A stretch of DNA of 64,000 nucleotides, taken from positions 36,153-100,152 of the forward strand of contig JBKHBN010000002.1 of assembly GCA_046542355.1 (NCBI GenBank). Direction: 5' to 3'. Positions 53,007-59,796 of this stretch are shown piece by piece (the stretch's first letter is position 1; each line of letters opens with the position of its first letter). The notes beneath the pieces were generated by a model. That model had not been told where the DNA came from and did not search any database. It saw only the letters and a list, made by a program, of their open reading frames with translations. The DNA comes from Alphaproteobacteria bacterium. GTDB lineage: Bacteria; Pseudomonadota; Alphaproteobacteria; Micavibrionales; Micavibrionaceae. The position numbers were made by a program, and so were the translations under genes.

Positions 53007-54461
53007 ATGACAAAACCTTTCCTTAAACACTGTGAAAGCCAGTTTAAAACATGGATCAATAAACGCCTCCCGGCGTTTCCTGCACCGCGCAATCTGAATT
53101 ACTTCTGGAGCTTTGGGAACATCTCCAGCTTTATGCTGATTGTCATGATGCTTTCGGGCATTGTTCTGGCGATGCATTACAAAGCTGATCCGCAAACCGC
53201 CTTTGACAGTGTTCAAAACATAACAGATAACGTGAACTATGGATGGCTGATCCGCAACATGCACAGAACCGGTGCATCGTTCCTGTTTATGGCGGTATAT
53301 ATACACATGCTTCGTGCCATATATTACGGCTCATACAAAAAGCCAAGAGAGATGCTCTGGATAACCGGTGTTTTTATTTTACTCTTGATGATGGCAACAG
53401 CCTTTATGGGCTACGTCTTGCCGTGGGGACAGATGGGGTACTGGGCCGCCACAGTCATTACAAACCTGTTTACCTCGATCCCGTTTATAGGCGAGCATAT
53501 AACCACTATGTTACTGGGCGGCGAACAGATCGGTGAGGCGACTTTATCCCGGTTTTTTGTTCTACACATCATCTTGCCTTTCATAATATGCGCAGTGATA
53601 CGCATGCACATAAAGGCGCTGAAAAAATCAGGCGCGAACAATCCACTGGGCATTGATGTTAAAGGGCCGCAAGACACACTGCCATTTCATCCCTTTTATA
53701 CAATAAAGGATATGCTTGCGCTGGCCGTGTTTCTCACACTCTATGCCGTTTTTGTGTTTTATCTTCCCGAAATTCTGGCGCATCCTGAAAACAGTATCCC
53801 CGCAGATCCGCAAGCCACTCCCATGCATATCATGCCCGAATGGTACTTCCTGCCATTTTATGCAATGCTCAGAGCTGTGACTTTCAACATTAATATTTAT
53901 GCATTGTCAGGGCTATTCCTGCTTGCGTTGCTGGTTATCGAGTTCGTCTGGCGTCATACTCCAAAATGGCTTGGCTGGAAGAGCGGCGCTGCCCTGTTTT
54001 TGCTGGCTGCGTCATTGAGCATATTCGGTCTGCTCAGTGATGCGTACCGGCAGTGGGAAATTCCTTGGACAGAGTATCGTTATATCCCCATAACAGCCAC
54101 ATTTGGCGGCGTTATGGCGATGTTTGGATCAATAGCCCTGTTAACCGCCTTACCTTGGCTGGATACTCATCCGGTGCGCTCGGCGCGGTTTCGCCCTTGG
54201 TTCCGGTTTTTCTTTGTTTTGCTGCTGATCGATATAGGAATTCTGGGGTTTGCAGGAGCGCAGCCTGCTGATCGCATCTATCTTACTCTTCCCTTTATAA
54301 CGCTTGATAATGCGCTCTTGGCTTTAGCGGCAACGGGATTTTATTATGCGTTCTTTCTCATTATATTACCGCTCTTGGCGCGCTATGAGAAAGCCTCAAA
54401 AATGCCGGTATCCATCCATCAGGCTGTTCTGGATCAACAAAAGAAGGGAACAGTAAAATGA
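53007..54461 (+). CDS. petB: Cytochrome b (484 aa, with ~70-aa insertion after the PEWY loop)
   Basis: His ligands are in NMHRTGASFLFMAVYIHMLR and FFVLHIILPFIICAVIRMHI. The motifs LPWGQMGYWAATVITNL and PEWYFLPFYAMLRA are present. Confidence 0.95.
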   Translation: MTKPFLKHCESQFKTWINKRLPAFPAPRNLNYFWSFGNISSFMLIVMMLSGIVLAMHYKADPQTAFDSVQNITDNVNYGWLIRNMHRTGASFLFMAVYIHMLRAIYYGSYKKPREMLWITGVFILLLMMATAFMGYVLPWGQMGYWAATVITNLFTSIPFIGEHITTMLLGGEQIGEATLSRFFVLHIILPFIICAVIRMHIKALKKSGANNPLGIDVKGPQDTLPFHPFYTIKDMLALAVFLTLYAVFVFYLPEILAHPENSIPADPQATPMHIMPEWYFLPFYAMLRAVTFNINIYALSGLFLLALLVIEFVWRHTPKWLGWKSGAALFLLAASLSIFGLLSDAYRQWEIPWTEYRYIPITATFGGVMAMFGSIALLTALPWLDTHPVRSARFRPWFRFFFVLLLIDIGILGFAGAQPADRIYLTLPFITLDNALLALAATGFYYAFFLIILPLLARYEKASKMPVSIHQAVLDQQKKGTVK

Positions 54462-54742
54462 TAAAAAGACCATCTCTTATAAGCGCTTTATTCTTGGCTT
54501 TTCTGATAACTACACCAGCGGCAAGGGGGTATGCTCAGGAACCCCAAAGAGTTGAAAACAATCCAAATCAGGAACAGCCCACGCAGAATTATACTGAAAA
54601 GCTAAAAAACATCCTGATAGAGGCACAAACGCCACAGGAGCGTGAGCGTAAAAGACTTGGGATACAATACGTTTTGTTCCTTATTATATTTTCTTTTATT
54701 TTATGGCGCATCAAGAGAAGAATATGGAAAGATGAGCCGTGA
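54458..54742 (+). CDS. Cytochrome c1-like remnant: signal peptide plus C-terminal membrane anchor, no heme (CXXCH) domain
   Basis: Its start overlaps the petB stop (ATGA), the usual petC position. The C-terminal ERKRLGIQYVLFLIIFSFILWRIKRRIW resembles the cytochrome c1 C-terminal anchor. There is no Cys at all in the 94 aa. Confidence 0.5.
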   Translation: MIKRPSLISALFLAFLITTPAARGYAQEPQRVENNPNQEQPTQNYTEKLKNILIEAQTPQERERKRLGIQYVLFLIIFSFILWRIKRRIWKDEP

Positions 54743-54956
54743 ATAAAATGTGCGGGGGCGAAGATATTTAATGCTGCAACGCGGCAGAAAACAAGGGTGC
54801 AGGGATGATTCGAATCATGTTCTCTGGTATTAGGGTAAAGGAATACAAATGCAGTCCTGTATAACACATTGAAACACATATAATCTTAAATTTTTTTTGA
54901 TTTTTACCTCTGTTTTTCGGTATCCTGAATCCATCAGCAAGAACTGGAGGAAACAT

Positions 54957-55160
54957 ATGTCATTAGCGACAGTATCAGAAGTCCAAAACACAAATCCACG
55001 CATCAAAGCTCTTTTAGACCGCCACGAGACGCTATCAAGGGCAGTTGAAGAGGCGCAAAAGAGCCTCTCGACAAACGATCACCATCTAAGATTATTGAAA
55101 AAAAGGAAATTGATGGTCAAACAGAAAATTGCTGACGAAGAACGGATGGCTTCAAACTAG
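54957..55160 (+). CDS. DUF465 (YdcH-like) small protein
   Basis: 67 aa from the ATG at 54957, with a GGAGG SD 6 nt upstream. RIKALLDRHETLSRAVEE...DHHLRLLKKRKLMVKQKIADEE fits the DUF465 pattern. Confidence 0.6.
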   Translation: MSLATVSEVQNTNPRIKALLDRHETLSRAVEEAQKSLSTNDHHLRLLKKRKLMVKQKIADEERMASN

Positions 55161-55253
55161 AGTTATATTCTTCAAGAAGGGATATGCGTTAAAGACCTGG
55201 ATCAAGACCTTATCACACAATTTATTGTTATTTTATTTGAGTTTTTTGCGTAC

Positions 55254-55285
55254 AAAACCGGGATCTTAAGGGATCCCGGTTTTTC
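55254..55285. terminator. Bidirectional Rho-independent terminator between the DUF465 gene and trcR-like gene
   Basis: AAAA-CCGGGATC-ttaagg-GATCCCGG-TTTTT. A perfect 8-bp GC-rich stem with a 6-nt loop, flanked by an A-run and a T-run. Confidence 0.7.
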
Positions 55286-55325
55286 TTATTATCACCGCAG
55301 GCGATGGGAAGTCTCAAAAGCTCCC

Positions 55326-56003
55326 TTAGCTCGTTAGAAAGTTTGAAAAATCAAAGCCGCCAGTACCGCTATTGCTATCGTCTTCGGATTGTTCTGACTT
55401 TTCTCTGGTTTTTTCAAGCTCGGCTTTGCGCTGCGCTTCTATAGTTTCAGGATCTTTTCCTGCAGCTTTTAGCCCTTTGTGGTACGAAGTCTCAAATTCC
55501 TGGTAAGTGCAAAGCCCCAGCTCCGCCGGATGGCGCGGGCGCAAATTCGGGGTATTGGGGTGCGTTTTATCCCGAACAGAGGTAATGGTTGGTTTCGTTG
55601 TTCCAACCAGCTTGCAAATCTGCGCATCGGAAATTTCCGGTGTGTGTTTGAGAATATAGGCAATGGCATCGGGCTTATCGCCACGTTTTGATACCGGCGT
55701 ATAGCGCGGTCCTTTGGAACGTGTTTTAACAGATGGAAGGTCACGTTTGGCAATGCTCAAAGAAGCACTTGGGTCTGCTTCGCAGCGCTCAAGCTCATCG
55801 CGCGTGAGTTCACCATGCTCAATAGGATCGCGCCCGACCAGTCCCTTGCCAATTTCTTCATTGGCCAGAGCCTCGACTTCAATTTCAGTGATCCCAACGA
55901 AATCAGCAATTTGTCTAAAAGTAAGCGCTGTATTTTCAATGAGCCATACCGATGTTGCCTTTGGCATTAAAAGCTGTGGGCTTTGTTTTTTGGCCTTCGC
56001 CAT
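55326..56003 (-). CDS. DUF1013 protein (cell-cycle transcriptional regulator TrcR-like)
   Basis: LMPKATSVWLIENTALTFRQIADFVGI...GPRYTPVSKRGDKPDAIAYILKHTPEISDAQICKLVGTTKPTITSVRDKTH matches the conserved alphaproteobacterial DUF1013 signature. Confidence 0.8.
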   Translation of the reverse strand: MAKAKKQSPQLLMPKATSVWLIENTALTFRQIADFVGITEIEVEALANEEIGKGLVGRDPIEHGELTRDELERCEADPSASLSIAKRDLPSVKTRSKGPRYTPVSKRGDKPDAIAYILKHTPEISDAQICKLVGTTKPTITSVRDKTHPNTPNLRPRHPAELGLCTYQEFETSYHKGLKAAGKDPETIEAQRKAELEKTREKSEQSEDDSNSGTGGFDFSNFLTS

Positions 56004-56262
56004 TTTTATTTTCTCCTTACAATAAAAAACAAAATGAAGTCATCGAAAACCCGTCCCTAGGGCTCAATGTCATTTTACGCATAAAAAAGTTACAGGGAAC
56101 ACAAACTTTATATGCGACCCCGCTTCAAAATACCAGCTTTTTTTAAGTGTTGCTTTTGGTTTTTAGAGTATTTATTCTTCCGGCGTAATTCTCTAAACGC
56201 TATTATGTGCGCTTTGCAAGAGGTACACACAAGGCAGGGAATATCTTAAAGAGGAATTGCTG

Positions 56263-56442
56263 ATGTTTGATGATGAGCTACCAATATTAAAAACGCACAG
56301 TTTCCCGCGTAACCTTGAAAATATGTCTCTGAGTGAGCTTCAGGATTATATTTATGATCTGGAAGCCGAGATTGAACGTGTGCGCGAGGATATGAGAAAA
56401 AAGAAAGCATCAAACGAAGCTGCCGATTCGATATTCAGGTAA
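56263..56442 (+). CDS. DUF1192 small protein
   Basis: 59 aa from the ATG at 56263, with an AGAGGA SD 8 nt upstream. NLENMSLSELQDYIYDLEAEIERVREDMRKKKASNEAADSIF fits DUF1192. Confidence 0.6.
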   Translation: MFDDELPILKTHSFPRNLENMSLSELQDYIYDLEAEIERVREDMRKKKASNEAADSIFR

Positions 56443-56486
56443 AACATAAGAAGAAAAGCGTAAAGCACTAAAAAGAAAGTATAAAT

Positions 56487-57530
56487 ATGCGTATTGAAGA
56501 AGACACGAAACTGGATTTTAAAGATGTTCTCATTCGCCCCAAACGCTCCACCTTGCGCTCAAGGAAAGACGTGGATATTACACGCGAATATACCTTCAAA
56601 TGGAGCGGAAAACTCTACAAGGGGGTGCCGGTCATAGCTGCAAACATGGATGGTGTGGGCACTTTGTCCATGGCGCGAGCCTTTATCGAAAATGATAGCA
56701 AAATGAGCGTTGCAATCCATAAACATTATGATCTGGATGAGCTGACCGCCTATTATGATCAATATGGAGCCGACGCTTTGTGGTACTCAATCGGTATGGT
56801 TGATGATGATTTTGAAAAACTCAAGGCTTTTGAGGAAAAGCGCCCGGGCATGGTTGATAAAATCTGCCTTGATGTTGCAAACGGCTATAGCGAGCATTTT
56901 GTTGAATATGCAGGAAAAATACGTGAGAACTGGCCTGATGTAACGATCATGGCCGGTAATGTCGTCACGGGTGAGATGGTAGAAGAACTGATTCTCAGCG
57001 GTGTAGATGTGGTAAAAGTCGGCATAGGACCAGGGAGCGTATGTACGACCCGCAAAATGACAGGTGTAGGATACCCCCAGCTCTCCGCAATCATAGAATG
57101 CGCTGACGCCGCGCACGGTCTGGGGGGGCTGATCTGCGCAGATGGAGGGTGTACCGCTCCAGGCGATCTGGCTAAAGCTTTTGGAGCTGGAGCCGACTTT
57201 ATCATGCTGGGCGGAATGCTTGCCGGACATGATCAATCCGAGCAGAAGGTCGTGGAAAGAAACGGAGAAAAATTTCTTCAATTTTATGGCATGAGCAGTA
57301 CCACAGCGATGACAAAGCATAAGGGAGGCGTAGCGGAATACCGCGCAAGTGAAGGAAAAACAGTTTCCATCCCATATCGTGGTGATGTCAATGCAACCTT
57401 GCAGGACATACTGGGCGGCGTGCGCTCGGCTTGTACGTATGTTGGGGCGCGCCGTTTGAAAGAGCTGCCAAAGCGCACAACCTTCATCCGCGTAACCCAG
57501 CAGATCAATACCGTTTTTGGCAACGAGTAA
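56487..57530 (+). CDS. guaC: GMP reductase GuaC
   Basis: [41 protein letters not shown]...[13 protein letters not shown] is nearly collinear with E. coli GuaC. The motif [11 protein letters not shown] is present. Confidence 0.95.
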   Translation: MRIEEDTKLDFKDVLIRPKRSTLRSRKDVDITREYTFKWSGKLYKGVPVIAANMDGVGTLSMARAFIENDSKMSVAIHKHYDLDELTAYYDQYGADALWYSIGMVDDDFEKLKAFEEKRPGMVDKICLDVANGYSEHFVEYAGKIRENWPDVTIMAGNVVTGEMVEELILSGVDVVKVGIGPGSVCTTRKMTGVGYPQLSAIIECADAAHGLGGLICADGGCTAPGDLAKAFGAGADFIMLGGMLAGHDQSEQKVVERNGEKFLQFYGMSSTTAMTKHKGGVAEYRASEGKTVSIPYRGDVNATLQDILGGVRSACTYVGARRLKELPKRTTFIRVTQQINTVFGNE

Positions 57531-57547
57531 CCACGACTTGGCCTGGA

Positions 57548-57572
57548 ACAAAACACGTGACGACACTATCTA
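57548..57572 (-). repeat. Solo full-length (25-nt) copy of the IR-element terminus
   Basis: ACAAAACACGTGACGACACTATCTA is 23/25 identical to the right terminus at 4486-4510. It lies 18 nt after the guaC stop and about 110 nt upstream of the next gene. Confidence 0.7.
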
Positions 57573-57684
57573 AACGCGGCTCAAAATATTTTTTCAATAA
57601 TATCTTTACGCATCTTGCCTATATACACACAAATATATAGAGTGATCCCCTCTGAGTAGGTAAAAAACAGTAAGGAGCCTTGTG

Positions 57685-58053
57685 ATGGATAGCGATATTC
57701 AGGTGCGGTTGAAAGAAACATCGCAAAACTGTCTGGATGCATATTTAGCGTGGAAAGATAAAAAGCTTGATTCCAAGGCGCAGGAACAGTTACATGGAGC
57801 AATTCATGAGTTACGCAAGGTGTCCTCCCGTCTTGAAATAGAATTGGCAATGAGCGAGCGCGACCAGCTCTCGTCTAAGCCTTTGCCCATCCCTTCGCAC
57901 CGCTCGAACATGAAGGCGGCAGAAGGAAACTTAATGGATGATCTGGAAAATAACGGGAAAGAGAGCAAGAAACCAACTGTCGAGACAAAGACAAAACGCC
58001 GCCGCGCCCCGCGCAGAAAAACCGGCGGAAACGAAGATAACAATAACAACTAG
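57685..58053 (+). CDS. Hypothetical protein with a basic C-terminal tail (122 aa)
   Basis: An AAGGAG SD lies 7 nt upstream of the ATG at 57685. There is a helical N-terminal half and a K/R-rich tail (KTKRRRAPRRKTGG). I recognise no family. Confidence 0.4.
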   Translation: MDSDIQVRLKETSQNCLDAYLAWKDKKLDSKAQEQLHGAIHELRKVSSRLEIELAMSERDQLSSKPLPIPSHRSNMKAAEGNLMDDLENNGKESKKPTVETKTKRRRAPRRKTGGNEDNNNN

Positions 58054-58100
58054 AGCCGCTTATTAATCAGGCGCAAATGCTGGAATCGGCTTATAAAAAA

Positions 58101-58122
58101 GCTGTTAAAATAAACAGTTTTT
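58101..58122 (+). terminator. Weak AT-rich hairpin plus T-run after the 57685 gene
   Basis: GCTGTT-aaaata-AACAGT followed by TTTTT. It overlaps the convergent gloB stop codon. The stem is short and weak. Confidence 0.3.
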
Positions 58123-58873
58123 AAAATTTGTCCTTTTTATGTCTGACGCGTGCAAACTCCTCGGCACTTTTCGCCCGCAGGAAAACATTCGTTTTCTTCT
58201 CAAGACCAATCGTAGAGGGCAAACTAGGCAAGCCATTCTCCCGCAAAACTTTTACCTGTTCAATACGCTCCAGCAGAGCCTGATTATGCGAATCAACGCT
58301 CAGGCAAAATCCTGCCGCCCCTCGCGTATATTCATGCGCGCAATAAACCAGCGTATCATCAGGAAGAGCTTTGAGCTTTTGCAAGGAATGGTACATTTGT
58401 TCTGGCGTTCCTTCAAAAACGCGGCCACAGCCAAGGGAGAAAAGCGTATCACCGGTAAAAACAACGCCGCTATCCTCAAAATAATAGCACATACTGCCAA
58501 CACTGTGCCCTGGCGTTGAGAGCGCCCGAACGCGTTGCGCGCCAAAGGAAAAAACATCTTGATCTTTCAGCGTACCATCCGCAACAGCAATTTTGTGCTT
58601 CTCAAGATCAGGCACAATAACCTGACATTCGGGGTAGCGCTGTTTTAACGCCTCCAGACCGTCTGTATGATCCCAGTGATGGTGCGTTATAAAAATATAT
58701 GAGGGCGATTCGCGTATCTCCTCCAAACGCTCAATGATCGGAACAGATTCGCCTGCATCAATAACCCCCACAGCGCCACAGAAGCTGCGAATAATAAATG
58801 CATAATTGTCCTTCAAAACAGGAACAAAGTGCACATCCAGTGTATCTTGATCTGACGAAAAAGGGGGGGTCAT
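58121..58873 (-). CDS. gloB: Hydroxyacylglutathione hydrolase GloB (glyoxalase II)
   Basis: The metallo-beta-lactamase motif THHHWDHTDG, and a C-terminal CAHEYT...FLR. Confidence 0.9.
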   Translation of the reverse strand: MTPPFSSDQDTLDVHFVPVLKDNYAFIIRSFCGAVGVIDAGESVPIIERLEEIRESPSYIFITHHHWDHTDGLEALKQRYPECQVIVPDLEKHKIAVADGTLKDQDVFSFGAQRVRALSTPGHSVGSMCYYFEDSGVVFTGDTLFSLGCGRVFEGTPEQMYHSLQKLKALPDDTLVYCAHEYTRGAAGFCLSVDSHNQALLERIEQVKVLRENGLPSLPSTIGLEKKTNVFLRAKSAEEFARVRHKKDKF

Positions 58874-59796
58874 GATGTTTCTTCATCTCCTGTGCTGCTA
58901 GATCCTAGAAAATCGGCCAGCCTGTACTGCGCACTTCCGGGTTTTAAAGGCTTTTGCTGTGACGCATCCGGTGCCCAGCCAAGCAAATGTATAACCTCAA
59001 AATGCGCTACAATCCGCCCGTCACTTTGAGCATATTGATCTTTATAGGCTTGGGCAACATGCAAAAAATACTCTTTTGTTAAGGGCTTTTTATTGCGCGC
59101 CAAAATAGCGTTACTTTCCCCCATACCCCGAATATCCGCAAACAGGGGAAATACGCTGTCATAGGTTACTGTAATAACATCAGAATCAACAACAGGCAGC
59201 GCAAACCCGGCGCGTGCCAGCAAATCCCCCATCTGGCGCTTATCCGCAAAAGGAGAAATGTGAGGCGAAACGCCGCCAAAAAGTTTAATTTCCACCTCGC
59301 TCATAATCTTGCGCAAGCCATGCAATGTTTCCCCTCCAAGCATTGTAGCCATAAATAACCCGTCATTTTTTAACGCAGATCGTATCTGGACAAGGCTTCC
59401 CGGCAGATCATTCACACTATGAAGATTTAAATTGCTAAGCACAGCATCCAAAGATCCATCCGCAACAGGCAAAAATTCTTCACTGGCCTGAATATAGCAA
59501 TCACGAGCAACATAACCGCTTACTGGAAGAGTACACAGGTCAGCCGTAAAAACCGCACTACCGAGCCTTTCATGCTCTCCGGCTACAAAAGAGCAGCGTG
59601 ATCCGAGCTGCAGCACGGTTTCAAACCTGCGATTAATATCCAAAAGACGATCCGCTATTTGTGCCTTGCTCCAACGGAACAAAAAGCCATGCTTATGAAA
59701 AGAATTTCTGGCGCGCATGCGCCGCCGCGCAATCAAAGAGCGCTCAAAAATTGCTGCAGCACTGGAGCCAATATTTGCACAGGAAAAAGAACCCAT
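58870..59796 (-). CDS. Class I SAM-dependent methyltransferase, NDUFAF5/BioC-like
   Basis: LNLHSVNDLPGSLVQIRSALKNDGLFMATMLGGETLHGLR...GGVSPHISPFADKRQMGDLLARAGFALPVVDSDVITVTY...IRGMGESN parallels the mitochondrial NDUFAF5 family. Its stop overlaps the gloB start (ATGA). Confidence 0.75.
   Translation of the reverse strand: MGSFSCANIGSSAAAIFERSLIARRRMRARNSFHKHGFLFRWSKAQIADRLLDINRRFETVLQLGSRCSFVAGEHERLGSAVFTADLCTLPVSGYVARDCYIQASEEFLPVADGSLDAVLSNLNLHSVNDLPGSLVQIRSALKNDGLFMATMLGGETLHGLRKIMSEVEIKLFGGVSPHISPFADKRQMGDLLARAGFALPVVDSDVITVTYDSVFPLFADIRGMGESNAILARNKKPLTKEYFLHVAQAYKDQYAQSDGRIVAHFEVIHLLGWAPDASQQKPLKPGSAQYRLADFLGSSSTGDEETS

Noticed and set aside
56787-57566. 259-aa minus-strand ORF antisense to guaC. 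Similar long shadow ORFs lie at 13375-14055 (in flgG), 52704-53306 (across petA/petB), 49973-50488 (in moxR), 31171-31626 and 35219-35698
   Set aside because: All lie entirely within, or antisense to, genes with unambiguous homology. Their sequences are Arg/Ser/Cys-rich and low-information, as is typical of non-coding frames.
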